DNA from: Geosiphon pyriformis uo1
Lineage: Eukaryota; Fungi; Glomeromycota
DNA length: 64,000 bases
Direction of reading: 5' to 3'
Assembly: GCA_016748015.1 (NCBI GenBank)
Contig: JAAOMT010000197.1
Coordinates: 220,388 to 284,387 of the forward strand
A model generated the notes under the pieces. The model saw only the letters and a list, made by a program, of their open reading frames with translations, was not told the origin of the DNA and made no database searches. The position numbers were made by a program, and so were the translations under genes. Below are positions 50,967-63,300 of the stretch, piece after piece. Each line of letters starts with the position of its first letter. Positions within the stretch are counted from its first letter, which is position 1.

Positions 50967-53900
50967 ATGGTCTACTTTCAAATATTTCCAATATAAAGAT
51001 TCATAAATCTCTTGATCTATAAATAATTGAATTCTTTGTTCATTTCTAATTTTCTTGCATCAAAAAGTTTCAATACCGTGATTTAACAGCAACATCATCA
51101 TCCTCATTCAGACCATTTACCAATTGGTGCCGTGGACTGTTAAGCTCAGATACGACGAGAACATCTCAAAAATTAAACCAATTTGAAAACGGAATTTTCA
51201 AATTTAGTTCAGAAGTCGCAGAAGCATTAGCCGCTAATCTGCCTGTGGTAGCTCTTGAATCAACCATTATAAGTCATGGTACTTGGGATTAAAGCATCAT
51301 ACGATTGGGATTCTTTCATTAAGATTTTTTATTATATATTTAAGCAATTCTAAATTTCATAAGGAATGCCATTTCCGCAAAATTTGGAAACGGCTCTAGT
51401 AGTAGAGAGCATTGTGCGTGAGAATGGTAGTGTCCCTGCAACGATCGCTGTGCTAGACGGTAAAATCAACGTAGGTGAGTGAATTTAAGCTTGATTTTTA
51501 TTTTCAGATTAAAATTGGGCATTTAACCTTAGCAAAAGTTAGTATCTATACTAAAATCCATCATTTTTGATAACAGGTTTAACATTAGAAGGATTGGAGA
51601 AACTTGCCAAATTGGGAAATAAAGCGAAGAAATGCTCTCGACGTGATCTTGCTGTTGTTATGGCACAGGTTGTTCTATCAAATCAGATTTATAGCATCTG
51701 GTTTGTGAGTTTGAAATAATTAAATTAATGACTATACTTAAAGGGTCTTACTGGAGCTACGACGGTTTCGGGGACAATGGTGATTGCACATCGGGCTGGA
51801 ATCAAAATATTCGTTACCGGAGGTAATTCTACGATTGATTTATGGAAACCCAGACTGATTATATTTTTTGTGTCACATGAGGATTCTGAAGCCCATGGGT
51901 GGTGATTTTAATCTCGTGTCCAAATGGCATCGTTCACCCCAACTCTAAACTTCGTCGGGTACTGGATTAGCACTTTCCAAGAAATTTATATCAGTTTTAA
52001 ATCGCCGAGTCTGATTTCAACCGTCCGCATAATTTGATATCAAACCGGAATTACGTTTTGGACGACGATGAGGCCCAAAAGGGATTTCACAAGCCATTGG
52101 CTCATTTTTTGTTTAAATATATTTTTATCTCTTTATTTCTTTCCAGGTATTGGGGGAGTACATCGAGATGGCGAAAATAGTAAGTGTACTCAACTATTTT
52201 TCTCGTTCTGGTTATTTTGCCCACTATAAAATGATCGATTTTTTCCTTAAAAAAAATTCTAATTCTTACCCTTAGCGATGGATATAAGCGCAGATTTGAC
52301 TGAGTTGGGTAAAACTCCAGTGGCGGTCATATGCGCTGGGGTTAAATCTATATTGAGTATTGAAAAAACTTTGGAATACCTTGTAATCTCCTTTGCCTCC
52401 TAGATTGATCATTTCAATTTCTTGATGAATTCAGTCCAATTTTATTAATAATTCTAGGAGACACAAGGTGTAACCGTAACTACCTTTGGAGAGCGTCCTG
52501 ATTTTCCGGCTTTCTTTACATCTAAGAGTGGATTCATGGTAACTCTAGAATTTCCCTTCGTTGTATTAACACAAGTTTTTAGGAGGAAGGGGCGAGTCAC
52601 TCCAAGATTTTATTTTACTATAATATGTTCTATTGTCGAATAAAATTTTGAATATTCATATCTTAAAAAAGAGTCCATCATACATGCGAACTGTGGATGA
52701 GTGCGCTGCATTGATACGTATGTTTGACATCTTTTTTGTTATTTTTCACTTTTAATTGGTAAAAGAAATTTATATCTTGGATTAACTGAGTTTTGTTTCA
52801 CGGTAGATTCAAATTTTCAACTCCAACTTCAAAGTGGAATAGTTATTGCTGTGCCAATCCCTGAGCAAGATTCCGCTGATGCAAAAATAATACAACAAGC
52901 TATTGATAATGCATTAGTTGAGGCAAGGTATTAGATGATGATTTATAACTTGAAATTTTTTTCGCCCATGTCTATTTCATGTTGAACTTGTATCATTTTT
53001 GTTTGTCGACTCGATCATTGACTTTAAGAGATCAAAAAATTTATGGAAAAGACGTGACACCATATTTGCTACAACGAATCAGCGAAGAAACGAAAGGAGC
53101 TTCTTTAAACTCAAGTACACAGAATAATAGGAATATGGCAAGTTTGACTCTTGGGCAACATTTTCCTAAGATACATTTTTTTATTTCTTATAGATATCGC
53201 ACTCGTGAAAAACAATGCGCGAATTGGAAGCCTGATTGCCAAATCTTTCACCAAGATTGGTACTGTTGAAAAAACCGATGTTTACAAACAGGGGCGGGTA
53301 GATAGTTACCAGTTTTTATGAAAAAAAGAGTGAATTATTGCTTGGTAAATAGTGGAAAAAGTGGAAAAATAGTAACTTCTTATTATTTGTGAATCATCCA
53401 AAAGTCCTCCAATAGGGCAACGACGATAGTTGATGCTTCCCAGTTACAAGGCTTAAAATATGAAGGCTCACAACAACTTGATCCCGATTTGCCTCAGAGC
53501 AAAGTATAGCACCCTTCCAGTGTTGATTCCCTCTCTCACTTTAACCTTCATCAAAACTAACCCACTTTTTATATTTTCAAAGTTACTGATAATAGGCGGT
53601 ATTTCCATGGATATCATTTCCACATTTTACTCTTCTCTGACTACAGGGGGTTCTCCAAGTCACTCTTCAACATTTGATCTTTCACCTTATTTTCACACAT
53701 CATCCCCGGGAACGGTGCAATACTCTCTTGGTGGTGTGGCACGAAATATTGCCGAGACGGCGCACCGATTAAGTGTTGCCCCGATTTTCGTCTCGATTGT
53801 TGGTCGAGATTGGGCAGGAAGATGGCTGTTAGAAAAAATGCAGGAAATCGGAATGGTATTCTGTCAAAACATAATTGCGAATGAACCTTCTTTCAAAATA

Positions 53901-55242
53901 AAAGTTCTTTGATAATTTGACATAAGTTTAATGTAGGAAACGGCAGGAATACAGATCTGCGACACAAAACGAACAGCCGTATATAACGCGCTTCATAACG
54001 CTGACGGACAATTGATCTGTGCTGTCGCGGATATGGATTGTTTCGCGGCAATCTCAACACAGCAAGTACTTAACCTACATTGTTTTTCCGAACTTTGATA
54101 AAATTCTTCAATCAGGAGAACTATTCATCTATCATATTCTACTTTTTAATAATGACGATTAAAATCATAGGTTTCAAATCTCATCAAAAAGAATCCACCA
54201 AATTTGGTTTGTTTCGATGGAAACATTTCGACTGAATGTATTAAGACAATAATAGAAACATGTGCAAGTTTGAGAATTCCAGGTTTGTTTGATTTATTTA
54301 TTATTCTCTCAACTCTTTTAGAACGACCTATTTCTCAACGGTACACCAATTTACAAAATCAAAAAAGCTTTCTTTGAACCGACATCCATCCCGAAATCTT
54401 TAAAATTATTTACCGAAGGCGACTCTCTCTTCACCTCACTTCTTGCCTCACAGACACTACGTTACATTTCACCAAATCAATATGAACTTTCTGCAATGTA
54501 TAAAGAGGCAGAATCACGTGGACTTTTTGATGGTGAATGGTTTCGTCAAATTGCTCGATTGAATATTGGTGCAGAGTTTCAACAAGGTACAGATGAGTAA
54601 ACCAAACCTATTGGTCTAATTCTATAATCGATTTTCAACACAATCAAATTATTCCTAAATTTAAAAACCAAAACAGGTATCGAAAAGATGATTAAAAAAA
54701 ACCCAAAGCTTTCATTCCTCTTGGAACAAAAGATTTTCGTACAAGCTGTTTTTTTACTTCCATATATTCCGACACTGATTATCAAATTGGGTAAACATGG
54801 AGTTTTACTAGCACAATTGATCCAGCAAGATCAAATTATTACCACAAATATCGCAGAGAATTCAAGGAGTGAAAACGAAATTATCGTTCCAAATGATAAT
54901 GGCAATGTTATAAGATTTAAATATTTCGATCCCATATCCTTCTCACAGAGTACAATCGTGAACGTTACAGGTGCTGGTGATAGGTAATACCCCGTTGATG
55001 AATTTTTTGGTTTCTTGTTTTACACGTATACATATATGTCAATTTAAATTCCTGGTTATACGATGTTGCCAATATTTTCATTAAAATTCAGTTTGGTAGG
55101 TACACTGGTTGCCGGTATCACACTTTACGGTGACAAAGAAATTGATCAAATTGTGAATATCGCTCAACACTCGGCCGTCTTGACCTTGCAATCAATGAAT
55201 GCAGTTAGCGAGAGAATTAACGTAAATCTATTGAAATTTTAA
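50967..55242 (+). CDS. Bifunctional pseudouridine-5'-phosphate glycosidase (PsuG/IndA) plus PfkB-family pseudouridine kinase, many exons
   Basis: [13 protein letters not shown]|[27 protein letters not shown]|[30 protein letters not shown]; PfkB part [32 protein letters not shown]; start inferred. Confidence 0.93.
51870..52110 (+). ncRNA. Candidate structured RNA within a 324-nt intron (51823-52146) of the pseudouridine glycosidase/kinase gene; family unknown
   Basis: GC-richer than neighbouring introns; nested long-range pairings with G-U wobbles favouring the + strand; ACA directly after the closing stem. Confidence 0.5.
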
Positions 55243-55370
55243 AAAAAAATTCTGGCAACGGATTTTTTAATAGATTATCTTTTACGCAAAAGCATCTAAT
55301 ATAAATAAAAATATGGAAAAGCCAGAGACAAGTATAGCCCACTTCTCCTTTATTTTACGAATGTTAAACA

Positions 55371-57308
55371 TTATCTGTATCCGCTAAACTTTTTTCTGGC
55401 TCCACCATATTTTTTTCCATCTTCAGCTATTTCAATATACTTCTGATACTTAAGTTTTATCCGTTCAGCTTTGGCCTCCAAATATCGCGGAGAAAATATT
55501 CTATCAAGTTGCTCATCATTTCCCAAATCAAAGAAATAACTGGCTCGCAGGTTGTGATATGTCTCGCTTAACCAATTTCTTGTAGATCTTGAATCTGTGT
55601 CAACAAACAATATACTTCCTAAGATAGTTAGACCCTTAGCAGTGAGTCTTTGCCTTCGTGCCTCATTGCTATCAAAATATTTTAAGTGTGCATGGTCAAC
55701 AGCACGAGTAAGATGGGCAAAAGCGCCGGCAAACCTTCGCCGAATAGTGGGCCAATTCTGAGTAGCGATGGCAACATTGTTACCCGGATCACAAGGATCT
55801 TCTATGCAAAGACCATTTATATCTTGCCGCCTAAGCATATACGACTTGGGCATATAGAGGCCATTAGATGCTACGGATATCGCCATATCCTTATAATTGA
55901 ACTTCGAGCCGTAAAGCTCAAAAAACTCTGTCAGCAAAATACCCAAATTATCATTACTATTGATACGCCGTGATGATAGCATTGGATGACGCTATAAAAA
56001 AATGAAACTTGAGAATTTGAAGTTTCGCTGAAAAAACTTTTTTAAAATTCACTTTACCTGAAGAAAAGAAACAACAAGCAGTAACACAGTGTAGCTGCCC
56101 ATCCCTCCATTCGCCGGATCATTTAGGCCGTAAAGTTTGAGAAAATATTTTATGGCAATAACCAATTCTTTCGTACCTGGATATCTTTCTAAATATTCTT
56201 TTGTCTGAAGTGCTGATCGTAAACCTGAGCCTTGGTTAAAGGAGATATCTATATTAAATCCCGTATATCTCTCAGTTAACTTTACAATTGGTACTTTAGC
56301 ATGTGGAATTGCGATCACATCTTGATGTGAAGCCACAAGGTTGCCGTAATATTTTATCATCTTAGCAAGATTTAGCACCAACTTTCTGGGATTTTCACTT
56401 TTGCAGAAAACCACGATATCAAGGTCACTTGTTGGAAGATACAATTCAGTATCAAAACTTCCAAATGCCATTGTCTCACACTCCTGGTCGAAATTTGCTT
56501 TTAAAAAGTGATCAACCCGACTCACAACAAGTTGACGTAGACGCCGCTCGGAAGGACGTGGTGAAATATATCGAATAAATTCTTGTACCTCCGCATCCAA
56601 ATAAAACATGGCCTCTGGAACATCTCGAGGAGAACTATTAATAACCCATGGCGTTTCCTCTGTGACGTTTGTAGAGGGAATCCTGCTCCCTTGTTCGTAA
56701 GTTTCTCTTTTTCTTTTCCTTTTTTCTATTCTTGTCTTTTGCCGTTCCTGATAATCACCTTCAGATTCAAAGGGGATATAACCTCTATTGCCACTAAATG
56801 GATCATTATTCAGTCGAGGATAATTTCGGGGAGAGGAGGTCGATCCTGCGAGTTCCCAAGAATGATGAGGTCGACCCGCTTGTTGGCTTCTTGAGGGAGA
56901 AAGTAGTTCAGGATCAAACGCCCAGTTTTCGCTGTTCTTATTAGGAATTCCATTTAGTTCTGCCTGGTGTTCCTCGCTCAGAGTTAAGTCAGTATGAGTT
57001 TGCGGCAAGTTTGAAGAGCGCTGGTCAACTAAGGACTGGTTTTCATTTCGATTTTGAATGGTGTCATCACAAGTAGAAGTATCAATAATTGAATAATCAC
57101 CTGGTTGTTTAAGGTAATTTTTTTTTGATGCCACAGAGCTTTTCTGAGGAGTGGCAGTATGTTGTTCGTTATTGTTATCCTTTTTTGCGGCCTGAAGGTT
57201 GCTTGGCAAAGAGTTTATAGTTTCAGAAAGTCGGGGACTTTTGTTCGGGTAGTCTTCAAGAGTAAGGTCGACAAAATCAACCTTCAACTTACTTTTCCCT
57301 GCCATCAT
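55371..57308 (-). CDS. TRF4: Non-canonical poly(A) polymerase Trf4/Cid14/PAPD5 (TRAMP), 2 exons
   Basis: FGSFDTELYLPTSDLDIVV nucleotidyltransferase motif, AKVPIVKL, DISFN, GGMGSY; PAP-associated domain NLGILLTEFFELYG...LCIEDP. Confidence 0.92.
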
Positions 57309-57417
57309 TCTATGAAGTTACTCAAGTTAGTCGAGGTAAAAGTTGAGGTATATAGGATCTATTTGTTAGACGTTCTTTCAATATAATATGACACAAAACT
57401 AAAAAAAAGTGAATTAA

Positions 57418-57425
57418 TGACGTCA
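57418..57425. promoter_or_regulatory. CRE palindrome TGACGTCA upstream of TRF4
   Basis: About 110 bp upstream of the start codon at 57308. Confidence 0.4.
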
Positions 57426-58029
57426 CACCTGGGCAGATATTAGATTACTGACTGAACTGTTAGAAAAGGACTTTGAAACAGTATAAGCAAGTGAGCAATA
57501 TGGAATCAAGAAAGAAAATAAATTATTATTTACCAGTCTATTAACAATTATAAGCAGTTTGTTTTGTTGAACCAAAACAAAACAGCCGGAAAAGCTTTAC
57601 CATTTTAATATTATGTCTAAAGAGGTGTTATGATACAAAAGTTTAAAAATATAAAATCATTACCCAAAGCTTAATAAGTTCAATTTTACTGTTTATTTTA
57701 TAATATTCACAATTTTAAGTTGTTTTTACTAACAAATAATTTTTGACAACTTGAAGTTTTGCTTAAACATTAAATTATTATTATTATTATTATTATTATA
57801 TATTAATTAATTACATTTAATAAAACATTATAAAAAAAAATTGTTTATAAGTTTAGAGCGTTTTGTGTTGAGTAGGGGCATTGAGATAACTATTGTTCGA
57901 TGTGGAATTAGGCTTGGTCAATTGTGTTTCAAAAGTTTGAGGAATTCATTCGCCTCCAATGTTACGGTTTCTGTTTTGCGAAATTTGCTTCAGGTAGTTT
58001 AGACAAAGCGTGAGCATGTAATATTTCTG

Positions 58030-58240
58030 TTACGTAATCGTAGATAATGGTTGAATCACACTTAGCCCTAGGAATCCAAATCTTATCACGACGAAACCCC
58101 TTAACCAGGATTCGCAAAACCTCAAGGCTTCATCGTACCATTCACTAAGCACAAGACCTTTCGACAGCGCCATATAAAGATTAATGTCAACGACAACTTC
58201 ATTATCTTTGTATCTAGGCATCAGATTTCTCAATTGCCTG
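58030..58240 (-). pseudogene. Short relic resembling the C-terminal part of a LINE ORF2
   Basis: GC-richer island within an AT tract; DINLYMALSKGLVLSEWYDEA...IRFGFLGLSV recalls C-termini of LINE ORF2 proteins from related fungi (recognition only). Confidence 0.4.
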
Positions 58241-58259
58241 ATTCTTATTAATTTATTAA

Positions 58260-58527
58260 CACTTTTTAAAAAAAGTTAAATTATTTAAATTATTATTTTT
58301 TGTTGTTTTTATTATTTTTATTAAAATATTTTTAAAAATATTAGCCAAAATAATAAATATATAAATAAATAAATTTACATTTTTTTTTATAACAAAATAA
58401 AGTAAAATTTAATTTTAGTTAAAAACAGAATTTTTATTTTTTTAACAAAATTGTTAATTAATAGTTAAAAACTGAAATATAATTTTTTTGTTTAAAAATA
58501 AATAGCTTTTTGTTGTAACTTTTAAAA

Positions 58528-58615
<88 letters not shown>

Positions 58616-59196
58616 TTAAAAAATTATATTAATTTTAACAATATAAATTTAATAATTAATATTACATTTTTTTTTGTTTTTTAAAAAACAAATTTTTAAA
58701 ATATTTAGCCCAAAAACAATTATTTCTATTATTTATTATTGTAATAACAAACTTTTAATATTGTTTTAAAATTAGCTTTTTTTAAAAAAAATAAAACTTT
58801 GGTTTTTTTGCTTAATATTAGTTTTTTTATTAGTTTTATTTTAATAATTCTAATAATAATAATAATAATAATAATTAGTTTTAATTCAATTTATAACAAT
58901 AATTTTTTTTTGATTTAAATATTAAAACAAATATATAAATTAATATTTTAAGTATAATTTTAATATTTTAATAAATTATTATCTGTTTTAAAATATTTTT
59001 TAATATATATTTTTATTTGATTAAACTATAATATTATATAATTTAATTAACATAAAAATAAAAAAAAGTTTTTTTTAATTATAAAAACATTTAAACAATA
59101 TTTTATTAAAGTGTTTTTTTAAAATAATACAATAACAATTCAATTTTTAATTATTAATAAAACACTTTTTTTTATTTAAATAATTAATTAATATAA

Positions 59197-59236
<40 letters not shown>

Positions 59237-60200
59237 AAAATTTTTAATTAAAAACTAATAACAAAATTATTGTATTTTTTGATAATTTTTTTTTTACTTA
59301 AAAGCAATTTTTTTTAAAAAAACATTGTTATAAAATACCTAAAAACAATATTTTTTAATGTTTTTTATAAAAAATATAATATTAATTTTTTTTGGTGTTT
59401 TTTTTTAATTTATTATATTAATACTCATTTTAATTTAATTATAAATAATATTTTTATTTTATTTTATTTTATTTTATTTTAAATAATAATAATAATATAT
59501 CTGTTAATTTAATTTAACTTAATTTTTAATTGTATTGTTTAATATAAAAATTTTAATTACTTATTATTGGTTTTAAAAAATTATATTACTATATTATTTA
59601 ATTATAAAAATTGAATTAATAAAATAAAAATTCAAATTTTTTGTTTTTTAAAAACATTATTGGTTTTATTAATATTTAATATTACCAAAAAAAAAGTCTA
59701 ATTTTTTTTTTAAATTATAATATAATAGTTTTTTTATAAGTATATGTTTTTATAACCAATTATATTTATATACATAAAAAAATACGTATTTAAAAAATAG
59801 TCAAAAATAAATAAATATTGTTTTTATATAAAATTAATTATTAAATTAATTAATTAGATTTATTATTTAAATTTATGATTGTTTACAATACTTCTTAATT
59901 TTAATATTTTTATATTTTTTAAATTAAGCCAAACTTTAATAATTAATAAGTTTATAAATTTTTATTTTTACTATAAATTAAATTAAATTTTATAAGTTTA
60001 ATTTTATTAATTATTATTAGCAATTAAATTTTTTTTATGTTTTTTAATTATTTTAAGAATTTTTATTTTTATATATATTAATATAAACAATTTTACATAA
60101 AAGTTATTTAAAAAATAATATAAATTTATATTATTTTTTTGTAAAAATTATCTTATATAAAAATTTTAATTTATTTTTTTAATATAATATAATAAAATAA
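58260..60200. other. Extremely A+T-rich tract abutting the LINE 5' end
   Basis: Almost no G/C, several microsatellites. Confidence 0.85.
58531..58615. repeat. (TAT)n microsatellite
   Basis: Directly visible run; further (ATT)n at 59201-59234 and (TA)n at 46815-46833. Confidence 0.95.
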
Positions 60201-60308
60201 TCTTTTTCTTGTCAATCTTCTGACCATAATGAGAGTGAAAATTTATTAAAAAATTAACAACTTCTTTTTTTCTTTCTTTTTTACCTTTTCATAGTTATTT
60301 CTTCTAAT

Positions 60309-63300
60309 ATGCCTGTCTTTGTTGTTATAGAACTGGTAGGCTTTTTTGCTAATAGCTTTGATTCAAGTTTAACTAGTTTAGAGACCTGTTCAAACACTAA
60401 GAAGAAGCATGTAAAGAGTGTCTACTTTCACATTGCATTGTATAAGAAGCCAAAAAAACCTGATGCTAATGATGTTTTAGTTGACTTATCTATTGGCTTT
60501 CTAGTACTAGAAGATATTGACATTTTTAGTAATAAGCCTACTGTATTCTGGAGAAGCGAAGTTGGTAGTGTTGCTAGCAGTATGAGTGGTTTCTTGGATG
60601 TTGAGAATATAATGAACACAGTTGCCAAGAAAACAAGCTATGCTAAATCAGATGAGAATAATAATATGAATGATGTTACACTGAGAAAAACTCACATCCA
60701 AACATATGTGTTAAACAATCCTCCAAAAGCTCTAATGTTTGATATTATGAGTGATAATGAGAATGTGCTAGGTCTTTTGTCTCTAAAGTTCAATGGTTTC
60801 AATTAGCTGCTGTCTATTAAGTTATGTGTCTTGGAGAAATGTAGTTTCAAACCAGTTAAATTGTTTGCATTGGATGTTGAATTGTCTGCTGTGTTTGGAA
60901 AAACAAATAATAATAAGTTAATTGCAATCAAAAAAATTTTTTATCAAATTGATGGTTTTGGGGGGCTTCCACTTCCTCAAAATTTCCTGAAATTATTAGA
61001 TTATTATTAATATTTGAATCTAGTCTAAATAGGACAAAGGAATTGGCAATCTGTGAGAAAATTCTTGTTAATAATAATCTGAAAAAAGTAAACAGCCAAT
61101 TGAATCGAAAAGTAATTATCAAAGAGATCTCAGTTGATTTTCCCAAATTGGCTGTGAAGTCTGTTTTTTCTAAGTTTAGTAAGGTTGTATTAATCAAGAT
61201 GCAACTAATTGGCTTATGGCAAAAAGCTTTAATGAAGTTTGAATCATCTAAAATAGTTGATTTGGTCACAGCTAAATAGTTTGTTTTTTTGAGAAAAAAT
61301 TCTGTTTGTGTGGCAAAAGCTGTAGATGACAAACAAATATGGGTATCCAGAGATTATTATAGGGCTTTGCTCTATACTTTGCCAATTAGTACTACTGCAC
61401 ATGATTTGTTTGAACTGTTGGTATCTTATAGTAAGAAAACTTGTACTATTGACTATAATTTAGTTACATATGTTCATGATAGATATGTTGTTGTTTGTTT
61501 TGATTTTGAAAAATTGAAAGATACTGCTATTGGCTTTTTACCAATATTTAAGAGTATGAATCTGCACTGGGCTGGTCTTTCTCTGGCTTGTTACACCAAG
61601 TGTAAACAATTTGGTCATATTTCTGATGTGTGTTTAACTGGTGAGAATTCTGGTGGTTATAATAAGTGGGTGGTAACTTCTCAGGATCATGTCCACTTGG
61701 CCAATATTTATAAAAAGAAACAGGCATTTATTGCTCGTTCAGTTTCTTTTGGTGACAAGATTTGGGCCCAGATTGCTGGTGGTTTTTCTGCTTGTGTTAT
61801 CTTATCAGACTTTTTTGGTGTTGGTATGTCATCAAGTACAAAACCCATTTCAATAGTCTTTAATTCTCTTAGTAATTCTTGTTTGATTGATTGTTTGGCT
61901 TCTTTGGAATGCTCTTTGGAGCTTTTGTTGGGTCATAAAAAAGCTAAACTTTTTTGAATTGGTGCCCTTGGCAAACATGCCTTATTTATCTTCTTCAATC
62001 ACTTAAGCATGTTTGGCCTCTAATTTGAATTCAGATATGACTCTTAATAACACATTAACATCTTCCACCTCTCCTCTTTTGGTTGTTATAGACATAGTTG
62101 CTAATTTTAGCTCGAGCAGCTTTAAAGTTTTGACCACCAAGGTAGGTAAATTAAAATCTAAGATAATGGCTTTGGAAGTGTCAATTGATTTGATTTTAGA
62201 GAGGTTGAATTGTCTGTGTTCTGTTTTGGGTTTGTTGGCTTCTCTTACTCTCTAATGAATAATTTTGTGTGGAAGATTGCTATGTGTAATGTTCACAATA
62301 TTAATGTTCCTTCTAAGTAGAAGGACATTATCCATTGGCATAGAGATTCTGAGAATTTGGTTTCAATTGTTACAGAAACAAAATTGAGGTCTAGTTGTAG
62401 ACCATGAATTAAAGATAAGTTCAGTGGGTTTAGGATTTTTTTATCTGGGTTGGACAAGGGATTTCTTGGTGCTGGAGTGGCAATTATTATGAATGCTTTT
62501 TTGGCTTGTCATGTGTGTAAGGTTTCTAAAGTGCCTGATCAGCTTCTCTCTATCAATTTGCTTTTCAAGAATAAACTTTTTGTTTCAATTCTGGAACTTT
62601 ATGCTGGTGCTTTTTTGGCTGTTCATTTTTTTCAGGCTGGTAATATTAATTCTCTGATAGCTAAGACTGTAAATGAGTTGTTTTTTGTTATATTGGGTGG
62701 AAATTTCAATGAGAATGGTTCCTGCAAATGTGTGAGTTTCAAAAAGTGTCTTAATTTAGGACTGGTTAATTCTTTGTTGGGGAGTTTGTGTGATAAAATT
62801 CCAACTTGAAATAATTCAAAGAGTTCAGAAAAGACAATTAATTACACATTTGTTTCTTCAAATTTGGTTAATGTGGTAGTAAATCACAGTATTATAGATG
62901 TCAGTAAACACTTTAACACTAATTACCAAGCAATTTTTGTGTCTATAGATTTAAGTGGATTTTTGGATGTACAGTTGAATTTTATTTGCAAGCAAGCTAA
63001 TAAGGACTAATGAAAATTTGATTTTAAAGGTGCTGGTAATACAAAATGAAACAATTTTAGCAGCCAATACAGCAATGCTTTCTAACAAGTTTGTGGTTTC
63101 TGTGAAGTTTGCAGATCTGGGTGCAATGTGGAATGTTGTTCACAAAACAATGACTCTTTCAGTTAATGAAATATTCAGAAAAATATGGTCTAAGGTTATG
63201 ATAAAGTTTTTACCAAAGAGTCTTCTAGGTTTCATAAGCTGGAGTTGTTGGTATTCAAGCTGGTTAAGGCTTTTTGTTTGGCTTCTAGTAGAAATTTTGC

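Noticed and set aside
51870-52110. RNase MRP/P, SRP or telomerase RNA identity for the intronic element
   Set aside because: The P4-like strands are mismatched on the minus strand and there is no P1-P3 region. There is no SRP helix-8 motif and no CUAACCCUAA-type template
2254-57386. Numerous short antisense or overlapping ORFs in the ORF track (e.g. 3236-3646, 35232-35579, 56583-56894)
   Set aside because: Shadows of real exons or intron read-through with no recognisable motifs
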